Shown here piece after piece: positions 27,669 through 35,957 of a stretch of 55,999 nucleotides of DNA. Where the stretch lies: IMG/VR virus record IMGVR_UViG_3300024262_006261, positions 1 through 55,999 of that record; one strand, written 5' to 3'. This DNA comes from a virus. Lineage: Duplodnaviria > Caudoviricetes. The notes below the pieces were generated by a model. It saw only the letters and a list, made by a program, of their open reading frames with translations. It ran no database searches and was not told the DNA's origin. The stretch's first letter is position 1; every line of letters begins with the position of its first letter. Both the position numbers and the translations under genes were made by a program.

Positions 27669-28656
27669 GAAATACATCCTCGTATAATTCTGAAGTATCT
27701 GCAAACGAAGATTCTTTAGCCAATTGTATGCTAGCAGCTATCTTTGTCTTGATTAGATTTTCCATTAGTTGAATTCGAATCTCCTCAACGTCCAAATTCC
27801 TTAGTGTTCTCCTTGTAATAACTAATGGATCATCCTCAAGAGCTTTTTTGTAGTCTGCTTCTGAACGGTAACCTCTATCAAAATCTTTATTTACTCCTAC
27901 ATGCTCTAAATATCTATAATATCTCGTATAAAGAAAACCAGGTTTGTGCTCTTTTTTAATTCTCTTATTTAGGAAAGAAGCAGCAGTATGAACACGAGTA
28001 GCATCTGTACTTTCGATACTCGTAGTTATACAATTAAACTTCTCTACTATCTTTTTTATATTTTCATAACCACGCCTATCGCTACTCGACGTGTGCATAG
28101 CCAACCCATTATCTTCACAAACAAACAAAATAGGAAGTTTTTGAACACAGGCTAGATTAATACTCTCCCAAAACACACCTTCTTCTGTTGCCCCGTCCCC
28201 AAAAAATACAACGGTTATATCATCTTCTCCTAAGAACTTCTGTCCAAATGCATGTCCCACAGCAACAGGAATAATACTACCAACTATTGCAGAAGCTCCC
28301 ATAAAGCCATATTCTGGATTGCACAAGTGCATAGAACCAGCCTTTCCTTTTGCTATCCCATTAGCTTTACCATACATCTCACAGAAAAACTTATCTGTCT
28401 CCTCCGTCTTAGATAGATATAATGCGTGAGAACGATATGTTCCAAATACCACATCGTCTTCTCCTAGTGCTTGACAGACTCCTGCAGATATATGCTCGCT
28501 TCCCATAGACATGTGCATAGGAGTTTTCATATCATCCTCAGAGTAATGCTCCTGTATTGCTATCTCTGCTTGCCTAGCAAGATACATCTTCTTGTATAAT
28601 GCCATATTCAACGCAATTTCTTCTTCCTGCATAAACCTCATAGCTTCTCTCTCCAA
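27661..28656 (-). CDS. TPP-dependent dehydrogenase E1 alpha-like subunit
   Basis: 'HMSMGSE', 'TYRSH', 'GSMH' and TPP motif GDGATEEG...EDN. Confidence 0.9.
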   Translation of the reverse strand: MEREAMRFMQEEEIALNMALYKKMYLARQAEIAIQEHYSEDDMKTPMHMSMGSEHISAGVCQALGEDDVVFGTYRSHALYLSKTEETDKFFCEMYGKANGIAKGKAGSMHLCNPEYGFMGASAIVGSIIPVAVGHAFGQKFLGEDDITVVFFGDGATEEGVFWESINLACVQKLPILFVCEDNGLAMHTSSSDRRGYENIKKIVEKFNCITTSIESTDATRVHTAASFLNKRIKKEHKPGFLYTRYYRYLEHVGVNKDFDRGYRSEADYKKALEDDPLVITRRTLRNLDVEEIRIQLMENLIKTKIAASIQLAKESSFADTSELYEDVFHG

Positions 28657-29612
28657 TAGGATAGAGTATCTTGTAGGGTGGTATCAAAATCTATCATAGG
28701 TTCCCATCCCGTTGCTTCTTTGAATTTATCTATACAAGGTATTTGAAGGGTCGCATCTGAAGGACGCATCCTAGACTTAACCATTTGTATTCGTATATCT
28801 TTCTTCACAGAAAAAGATATTAGTCTTTGTAGCATCTCGCCTACGGTCATAGTTGTAGAACCACCTATGTTATAGACTTCTCCCGGAGGGCACTTATTTA
28901 CGAGCAACCAATAAGCCTTAACCGTATCTCTAACATCGGCAAAAGTTCTGATGCTGGTCAAATTACCTACACTTACTATAGATTTTCTGTATCCCCGTTC
29001 TATATCTACTATCTGCTTAGCAAAATTAGATACAACAAATACTTCTCCCCTTCTCGGACCAGTATGTGTGAACATCCTTGTTCTTATTGTCTTGATTCCA
29101 TACGAAATCCAATATTGTAGTCCTAGCATATCTTCTGTTACTTTAGAAACAGCATAAGGAGACACGGGATTAAAAGGACAGTCTTCTTTGATAGGAACAT
29201 TTTTTGGATCTACCTGACCGTACACCTCTGAAGAAGAACAAATATGAACAATCGGGTCGTAATTCTCCGAAGACCTTAGCTGATTAACACATTCTAGCAG
29301 ATTAAGTGTACCCAACCCATTTACATCTAAGGTAGAAGCGGGAACTTGAAAACTGTATGGAACGTAAGACTGAGCAGCCAAATGAAATATGATATCTGGA
29401 TGCAATAAACTCAAGCATTTATATATAGAATGGCTATCTAAAAGGTCTCCATAGACCAAATGAATCTTATCCTCTATATGTTTTATGTTATCCCTAGGCG
29501 AACGCCATCGCGACAAACCATAGATATCTATCTCTTCTTCTAAATCTAATAGATAGTCGGCCAAATGACTACCTACAAATCCTGTTATGCCTGTTATTAA
29601 AACCTTTCTCAT
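28638..29612 (-). CDS. GDP-mannose 4,6-dehydratase-like SDR
   Basis: TGITGFVG, HLAAQSYV, SSSEVYG, intact SPYAVSK and GNL..IRTF.DVRD. Confidence 0.85.
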   Translation of the reverse strand: MRKVLITGITGFVGSHLADYLLDLEEEIDIYGLSRWRSPRDNIKHIEDKIHLVYGDLLDSHSIYKCLSLLHPDIIFHLAAQSYVPYSFQVPASTLDVNGLGTLNLLECVNQLRSSENYDPIVHICSSSEVYGQVDPKNVPIKEDCPFNPVSPYAVSKVTEDMLGLQYWISYGIKTIRTRMFTHTGPRRGEVFVVSNFAKQIVDIERGYRKSIVSVGNLTSIRTFADVRDTVKAYWLLVNKCPPGEVYNIGGSTTMTVGEMLQRLISFSVKKDIRIQMVKSRMRPSDATLQIPCIDKFKEATGWEPMIDFDTTLQDTLSYWREKL

Positions 29613-29626
29613 AAATACTCTCCTTA

Positions 29627-30289
29627 TTAAATATTACTATCTCCCCAAATCTCTCCACTCTTTCTCCTTGCTGACGATAAAGCTCTATCTTCTGCACGAT
29701 GCACCCTAGCATCCCTATGAGTCTGGTCCATTTCTTCCTTTATATATGCTGGATGATAATGAGTTATAAGTAAATCATTAGAAGTAACAAATACATTCTT
29801 TTCTAATTTCTCGCATAATCGAGATACTTCTTGAGCACAAAAATGATAATATTTAGGATAGAACATATTTCTCTTTGGATATCTCTTGATAAATTCCTTT
29901 CCTACCAAAGCTACTCCTGTAGGACAATCCTTACTACTCCTATTTTGCTTGAATCCAACTACACCATCATCGTCAGGAAATGTGTTATTGAACAATTCAA
30001 ATGCTTTTTGAATAGAACTCTCACTGAATGTTATATCGTCTGTAGCATAGAGTACACCGTCGATAGAGTCCTTTATTATAACATTTCTACAAAACACCGA
30101 CCCCATATGTATAGGAACTAATCGTATTGTAATATCTCTCCTGTAATTCTTAAAATGCTCAAAAGTCTTTTCATCCCCATCGCAAACAAGAACAATGGTT
30201 TGGTAATCTAATTCTGGAACAGAACTTAGAGTTCTTTCTAACTTCGCTATTCTGTTTCTCGTTGCTATGACTAACTGAAAGCTATTCAC
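29627..30289 (-). CDS. GT2-family glycosyltransferase
   Basis: 'VIATRNR', 'VCDG' and 'TDD'. Confidence 0.7.
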   Translation of the reverse strand: MNSFQLVIATRNRIAKLERTLSSVPELDYQTIVLVCDGDEKTFEHFKNYRRDITIRLVPIHMGSVFCRNVIIKDSIDGVLYATDDITFSESSIQKAFELFNNTFPDDDGVVGFKQNRSSKDCPTGVALVGKEFIKRYPKRNMFYPKYYHFCAQEVSRLCEKLEKNVFVTSNDLLITHYHPAYIKEEMDQTHRDARVHRAEDRALSSARRKSGEIWGDSNI

Positions 30290-30933
30290 AACAACTCCTT
30301 TATATCCACAAATTTTATATGTTGATTAAGACGACTTATACTAGAACATGATTGGACCTCTACTTGAGATTTGAATTCTTTCAACTCTCTCAACCCTATT
30401 ATATATTCTTCGTAGTATTCGTCAAGTTTATTATTAAAATAATTTGCACTCTTTCCGTACCCTTCATGAAAGTGCGTTTGTTCTCCTTGGCAAACCAAGT
30501 CTAGTCCCAACAAATATATCTTCTCATACCCTAAAACAACAGCTAATTGAAAAGCACAATAAGCACTATTCTCACCGTTTCTAAATTCATTAAAGGTCAA
30601 TCCTATGCCACTTCGTTTCCAACTCTTAATCAATAAATCGAAGTCGCCTAATTTATATACAAGAGGTAGTCTTACATCCATAATCCGACCATTGACCTCT
30701 TGTAAGTAATCGTAACTTCTATTTATAACGAAACACTTCGTCGTCTTTATGCTTCGAAATGCAACCATATCTATCTTCTTCAAAAAGGTGTAATCACTAG
30801 TAATAAAATAATTAGGATTAGGTGTATAGAATATAGACCGATTCACTGTGATTGTATCTTCGTCCTTCAATAAGGAGAAGTCAAATCCTTTCAGAGAAGG
30901 GCCTCCAGCTACTATGAACACTCTATTTTTCAT
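30286..30933 (-). CDS. Maf/DUF115-like glycosyltransferase domain protein
   Basis: Likely start MKNRV; 'IVAGGPSL', 'TVNR' and 'LGYEKIYLLGLD'; paralog of the N-terminal domain of 7776..9227. Confidence 0.7.
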   Translation of the reverse strand: MKNRVFIVAGGPSLKGFDFSLLKDEDTITVNRSIFYTPNPNYFITSDYTFLKKIDMVAFRSIKTTKCFVINRSYDYLQEVNGRIMDVRLPLVYKLGDFDLLIKSWKRSGIGLTFNEFRNGENSAYCAFQLAVVLGYEKIYLLGLDLVCQGEQTHFHEGYGKSANYFNNKLDEYYEEYIIGLRELKEFKSQVEVQSCSSISRLNQHIKFVDIKELL

Positions 30934-31858
30934 TTCTATATAACTCCAACAAATCCACACCGTGGTTAGAATAGACTTCTTGTAGAGTCAACTTTGCATT
31001 CTTTTCTACAAACGCCTTATCTTCCTTCCCTTCCTCCTTTACTTGAGAACAAATCCTCTCTAAACCATCGAGATATGATTGTACTCCATTACATCTTTTT
31101 CTATATTGGTTAACCAAAAAATCAAAGTATGTATCATCTCCTAAAATATATGCACCTAATAGGAAATTATGCCAAAGGTCGTCATTATTCCAATAGTAAT
31201 CTCGTTTATCCACAAAATGAGCTATCTTCGCATTTGGATGCACATAGTTACGGTAACCAAACATCTCCATTTTGAAACCTACATAGGGTTCACTTCCTCC
31301 ATAGATGCCCAATGAGGGGTGAAAATTACCTACTTCCAAAAGTATGTTTCGAGATACGGCAGCCCCTGCCAACCCACTCATAAGACAAGGCCAAGGCTTA
31401 CTATCCTTATATTCATGTGTCCAATTACCCCAAAACTTTCTTGGATGTAAGGTATAACCATACGCATATTTTCTTTCCAATAGATATCTAACAGCAAACC
31501 AACATATACCCGCACTCTCATTACTATTCAATAACTCGATAGCTGCCCTAAAAGAACCAGACTCCACAAGTACATGAGCATCTAAAAAGAATAGATACCT
31601 TCCTTTTGCTTGTTCGGCTCCAAATCTTCTACTTTGGGCAATACTTCCTTTTTCTAATTCAAATAGACGTATGAATTTTTGTTTGGTTCTACCAAATTCT
31701 ACACCCCTATCTGTATTTTCATTAAATACCACAATAATCTCATGTGGAATTTCTAAAAGCTCCTCTTGAATACTGTCTATGGTAAACCACAATTGAGGAT
31801 GTTCGTTCCTTACAGGAATAATAACCGAAACTTCAGGAGTCAATATACCACCTCCCAT
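30923..31858 (-). CDS. GT-A glycosyltransferase with polypeptide GalNAc-transferase-like motifs
   Basis: 'VSVIIPVRNE', DxH motif 'FLDAHV' and 'IYGGSE..GFKMEMFG...IAHF'. Confidence 0.7.
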   Translation of the reverse strand: MGGGILTPEVSVIIPVRNEHPQLWFTIDSIQEELLEIPHEIIVVFNENTDRGVEFGRTKQKFIRLFELEKGSIAQSRRFGAEQAKGRYLFFLDAHVLVESGSFRAAIELLNSNESAGICWFAVRYLLERKYAYGYTLHPRKFWGNWTHEYKDSKPWPCLMSGLAGAAVSRNILLEVGNFHPSLGIYGGSEPYVGFKMEMFGYRNYVHPNAKIAHFVDKRDYYWNNDDLWHNFLLGAYILGDDTYFDFLVNQYRKRCNGVQSYLDGLERICSQVKEEGKEDKAFVEKNAKLTLQEVYSNHGVDLLELYRNEK

Positions 31859-32274
31859 TCAAAGCCACCTTCCCAAGGAAATTCTACAGATTTCTCACAA
31901 GATATTTTTATACTGTAGGGCCGAAAACGTCGAGCAACGAACAGCAATTTATTATTCTCTACGAATATAAACCAACGATGATCCCCCCTTCCAAATAATA
32001 ATTCTGCCTGCGGTGTAGGAAACCATAATGTTCCTTTTTTGCTCACCCTTATTAATTCTTTACACGCACAATCTGGATTAGAAACATGTTCTATTACATG
32101 ATGACATCTAGAATAAGCAAACTCCTTGTCAGCAAAGGGCATATTTTCCATAGAACACAAAACAAAATTGCCTTCTATCGAAGTATTTGGTTGATATATA
32201 TCCGTATAGGTATTGTATCCTACATGAGGACGTTCTCCACAACCCACATCTATTTTCTTACCATTCGTACTCAA
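31840..32274 (-). CDS. SAM-dependent methyltransferase (type 11-like)
   Basis: 'DVGCG', 'MPFAD', 'HVIEHV' and 'ELIRVSK'. Confidence 0.8.
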   Translation of the reverse strand: MSTNGKKIDVGCGERPHVGYNTYTDIYQPNTSIEGNFVLCSMENMPFADKEFAYSRCHHVIEHVSNPDCACKELIRVSKKGTLWFPTPQAELLFGRGDHRWFIFVENNKLLFVARRFRPYSIKISCEKSVEFPWEGGFEWEVVY

Positions 32275-33117
32275 CTACTTCTCACTTGAAAAATCTTTTC
32301 CATAATACTTCTCAAAATATTCAAATAATTCAGATACATCTTTTGTTTGCCTGGGCCACTGTTTCTTATAGGTTATCTGACGAATTTGTTCATACGTTTC
32401 ATCTATCTCCTTAGGATCCAAAGAATATTCAGGTTGTATATCCTTAGAATTTTGACCCTTAAAAAGATGAGCACAGACAACATCGGTGTGAAGTAAAACC
32501 TTTCCTCCCGATAACCACATCTTCAAAGCCCATTCTGGTCCATCCCCTCCGTAGAAATACAAATTGATATTATATCCTCGATAATAGAAATAAGTATTTC
32601 TTGTTATCATCCAAGCACAACCGGTAAATCCCATCATCTCTTGCACTGTTTGATTTTTTACTTCTTCTGGTAATTGATTGGAATTCAACCATTTTTCAAC
32701 AAGATCTCTATTCAAATAAACTTGCTTATGGGCAGCATTACAAGGTTTCCATGTCAATTCATCAATCATATCTATACAAGACACCACAATAGTCTTGTCT
32801 TTACATTGTTCTTTTAATTTGGTATCCCAACCTTGCGACATGGTGCAATGCCCATCTATAATAAATAGAAAACTACCCGTAGATTTCTGAGCCAAAAAAT
32901 TGAATATATGTCTCCGACCTACGATATCGTGGAATTGAACTTCTATATAAGGTTCCTTGGTTGGCTCTACCCCAGGCTCTTTCTGAGGACCGTCCAAACC
33001 TACAAGAATTTCTAAAGGTCCTTCTGCAGATTCCCTCAAACAATTAATCGTTCTTTGCAAATAAGCCTCTTCTCTTGAAGCTATTAGAACCGATACCACT
33101 TCTTCTTTACTACTCAT
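32275..33117 (-). CDS. GT-A glycosyltransferase with polypeptide GalNAc-transferase (GT27)-like motifs
   Basis: 'IIDGHCTMSQGW', 'VVSCIDMID' and 'YGGDGPEWALKMWLSGG...CAHLFK'. Confidence 0.7.
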   Translation of the reverse strand: MSSKEEVVSVLIASREEAYLQRTINCLRESAEGPLEILVGLDGPQKEPGVEPTKEPYIEVQFHDIVGRRHIFNFLAQKSTGSFLFIIDGHCTMSQGWDTKLKEQCKDKTIVVSCIDMIDELTWKPCNAAHKQVYLNRDLVEKWLNSNQLPEEVKNQTVQEMMGFTGCAWMITRNTYFYYRGYNINLYFYGGDGPEWALKMWLSGGKVLLHTDVVCAHLFKGQNSKDIQPEYSLDPKEIDETYEQIRQITYKKQWPRQTKDVSELFEYFEKYYGKDFSSEK

Positions 33118-33144
33118 AACAATCTCCTTTAATCATAACTACTC

Positions 33145-34302
33145 TCATGCAGACCTTAATAGCAAATTAGAATTCACTATATCCTTTTTTATTTCGTCTA
33201 ATTTTTCGTTTGTATAGTTCAAGTAAAAATAATTCGTATCTATGCACAATTCTTGATAATAAATAGACTTATAGGCCTCATCTTCTTTTAACCGTTTACA
33301 AGATCCACAAGGCTTGTTAAAAATGGTTTTGTACATCCCAACTTTATAACCATTATCCCATACCTTTACACCAAATAGCAAATCATGAAATATACTGGGC
33401 TTGCCGACTTTATGTATAATCTCAAAGCCACCCAATTCTATGTAAGAAGATCTTCTTACAAAATAAGGCCCTACAATTGCTGCCATGATATAAGTAAAAG
33501 GTATTTTATTAACCGTCAAGCTACTTACCTCTAAAGAACCTCTAGCAAAACGGTCTTCCCTTATAAACCTCTCTGGACAAACAACCTTATGAATATTTAT
33601 AGAAGCCATCCCACCCAAAACCACAAGAATAGGTAGTACTTCTAGCAATTCTTTTCCTTGTTCGAACCATATTCCTTTATCGTCTGGAATAATATCATCC
33701 CCTTGGAATAAGCAACACACATCAGAAGAGGCTTCTCTTATAGCAAAATCAAAACACCTCAGTTCGTGGATATTACGACTATACCTGATTTTAATTCTCT
33801 TGTCTTTTTGGGAGTATTCTTCCCATTTTTCCTTAGATCCGTCCGAAGATCCATCCTCACAAATAATGATCTCATCAAAATCTATATCTTGTAAACCATT
33901 ATAGAGTTGGTCTATGTTCTTTCTATTGTTAAATGAATGAATAATACAACCAATTGTCAACGATTGTGCCTTTGGTAAATCTATATTTACCTTTTCCAAT
34001 TTCTGTAATTCCGAAAACATCGAATTGTCATAATCTCGTCTTACGGTATGCTTCAAAATCTTGTGTGCTCTACTGTTCTTTGGGGATAATAATCCTAACT
34101 CTACTTTATGTTTATCAATAAGAAGATTTGAATATACCTTAATTTTTTTCTCTGTACAACTTTCACAAGTACTACTTTTTACCAAACACGAACTTTCTGG
34201 CAAAGGATAGGTTTTATTTGCTTCTTTGAATATTTCCAAACAAGCAAAAATATCCTCTTCGTCTGTTGGCTTTTGACATTCCTTTAATTCTATAATATTC
34301 AT
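33145..34302 (-). CDS. GT2-family glycosyltransferase with N-terminal extension
   Basis: 'IIICEDGSSDGS', 'QGDD' and 'ELGGF'. Confidence 0.8.
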   Translation of the reverse strand: MNIIELKECQKPTDEEDIFACLEIFKEANKTYPLPESSCLVKSSTCESCTEKKIKVYSNLLIDKHKVELGLLSPKNSRAHKILKHTVRRDYDNSMFSELQKLEKVNIDLPKAQSLTIGCIIHSFNNRKNIDQLYNGLQDIDFDEIIICEDGSSDGSKEKWEEYSQKDKRIKIRYSRNIHELRCFDFAIREASSDVCCLFQGDDIIPDDKGIWFEQGKELLEVLPILVVLGGMASINIHKVVCPERFIREDRFARGSLEVSSLTVNKIPFTYIMAAIVGPYFVRRSSYIELGGFEIIHKVGKPSIFHDLLFGVKVWDNGYKVGMYKTIFNKPCGSCKRLKEDEAYKSIYYQELCIDTNYFYLNYTNEKLDEIKKDIVNSNLLLRSA

Positions 34303-34305
34303 AAT

Positions 34306-34881
34306 TTAAGGTGTACAAACTTCTAAAGGTGATTTCATCCTATAGTAGCACGTACAAATTCCATAAGTACCTTGATCTTCCCAAGTATAATAATTAGGTG
34401 TATCCGGTTCATACCATATCCAAACAAATTCTTCAGGCGACAGGCATTTATCACCCGTACAATTACTTATACAATCTTCCTCAGTTTGGGGCGAAGAACT
34501 AAAAGACAAAGTCCCATACTGAGTCGTAGTCGTAGTCGTAGTCGTAGTCGTAGTCGTAGTCGTAGTTGTGGTCGTAGTTGTGGTCGTTGTTGTCGTAGTT
34601 GTGGTCGTTGTTGTGGTCGTTGTTGTCGTAGTCGTTGTAGTGGTTGTAGTGGTTGTAGTGGTTGTAGTCGTAGTGGTTGTTGTCGTGGTAGTCGTAGTCG
34701 TCGTTGTCGTAGTTGTGGTAGTGGTTGTGGTAGTGGTTGTAGTCGTGGTAGTCGTAGTCGTGGTTGTCGTTGTAGTCGTCGTTGTCGTAGTAGTCGTAGT
34801 CGTAGTCGTGGTTGTCGTGGTAGTTACAGGAGTAATAGTGTACTCTATCTCTTCTTCCATTATCAATTCTATATCTGTCAT
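34306..34881 (-). CDS. poly-threonine (mucin-like) protein with 6-Cys C-terminal domain
   Basis: 19-aa acidic leader, 101 consecutive Thr, 71-aa tail with 6 Cys; 6 nt downstream of the fibre gene and 3 nt upstream of the next GT. Confidence 0.85.
   Translation of the reverse strand: MTDIELIMEEEIEYTITPVTTTTTTTTTTTTTTTTTTTTTTTTTTTTTTTTTTTTTTTTTTTTTTTTTTTTTTTTTTTTTTTTTTTTTTTTTTTTTTTTTTTTTTTTTTTTTTTTTTTTTQYGTLSFSSSPQTEEDCISNCTGDKCLSPEEFVWIWYEPDTPNYYTWEDQGTYGICTCYYRMKSPLEVCTP
34522..34824 (-). repeat. ACN codon run encoding Thr x101, with (ACGACT)7 at its 3' end
   Basis: All four Thr codons are used; perfect hexamer array at 34522-34563. Confidence 0.95.
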
Positions 34882-34887
34882 GATTTA

Positions 34888-35931
34888 TTACGAGGGATCT
34901 ATATTATATCCACCGCCGTAGGCAATGTAATAGAAAGTAGCATTCGTTTCATTACCACGATCTTGATTACCAGGAAATGTTATTGTTTTGGTTGCAGTAT
35001 TCACAGTAAAAGAACGATCACCGGTTATTGTATTACCACTAACACCTGATTTATTGAAAGGCTGTGGAGGATCATGCTCCGCTATTTTATCTACTTGATT
35101 ATAATACCAAAATTGATCGCCATGAGTTTGGGTATTATTCCATACATGAACATATATAGGAGTGAAAGGAAGAACAACAGTTTTATCTACTTCACCCCCT
35201 GCTGCCGAACCGGAAGCAAATTGTGTTTGATGATGGTCCATATTGATAAACGGACGAAGGTCTGTTATATCGTCTGTCGATATATCTGCACTTGCTGCTA
35301 CGGATGCTATCACTAACTTCCCATCAAAGGCCGTACTGGTTGTTATTCCTACAACCCCGGTATAGGTATCTATATAAATATAAACAGTACTACCAGAATA
35401 AGCACTCAATTCTATCTGTTGGTCGTATATGGTATAAATAGTAGAGGGAGATTGCACTACACCTCTTCTAATAAATACCTTCGTACTGGTTCCTCTATTA
35501 TCTTCTACCACTTTTAAGTACAGGTCCATCGTATTAGGTGTACTTCTCGTATTGTAATCTATACCACCAGCAGTATATCTCCCCAATATCAAATCATTAT
35601 CAAGCGGAGTAGCTACACTCTTCAACTCCATATAATCTGCAGTTGCACTACCTGTATATGTCCACCTTGCTACAATATAATGATTCAATGTTACAGAAGA
35701 AATGGTGTAAGCAACCGCAGTTTCTACACGAACTTGGTGACTTCCATCTGTCGAATGTTTTATTTCACATACGAGAGGAGACACGGTTATATTAGAACCG
35801 GACCGCGATAGCCAACCTCCTTTGTATATTCCTGTTAAACGAATATCCTTGAACCGCTTATTTACGACAGTAGAATCTACCCTATCATAATATTTTATGG
35901 TTACGGTTTGAGAACCTACATTGCTTGCCAT
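34888..35931 (-). CDS. putative tail fibre / baseplate-attached protein
   Basis: Follows baseplate genes; beta-rich T/S/G composition; 'ITDLRPF' motif typical of fibre N-terminal domains. Confidence 0.55.
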   Translation of the reverse strand: MASNVGSQTVTIKYYDRVDSTVVNKRFKDIRLTGIYKGGWLSRSGSNITVSPLVCEIKHSTDGSHQVRVETAVAYTISSVTLNHYIVARWTYTGSATADYMELKSVATPLDNDLILGRYTAGGIDYNTRSTPNTMDLYLKVVEDNRGTSTKVFIRRGVVQSPSTIYTIYDQQIELSAYSGSTVYIYIDTYTGVVGITTSTAFDGKLVIASVAASADISTDDITDLRPFINMDHHQTQFASGSAAGGEVDKTVVLPFTPIYVHVWNNTQTHGDQFWYYNQVDKIAEHDPPQPFNKSGVSGNTITGDRSFTVNTATKTITFPGNQDRGNETNATFYYIAYGGGYNIDPS

Positions 35932-35957
35932 AATAAACTCTCCTTATATATAATAAA

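Noticed and set aside
7776-34302. Bacterial chromosomal LPS/capsule locus adjacent to a prophage
   Set aside because: No flippase, polymerase, ABC exporter or priming phosphoglycosyltransferase; flanked on both sides by phage genes and contiguous with the tail operon
34522-34824. Possible CRISPR array or non-coding microsatellite
   Set aside because: No repeat-spacer structure; variation is confined to third codon positions
34372-35049. Plus-strand poly-Val and Ser/Arg/Cys/Gly ORFs
   Set aside because: Antisense shadows of the Thr codon run; only the minus-strand Thr frame fits the operon direction and spacing
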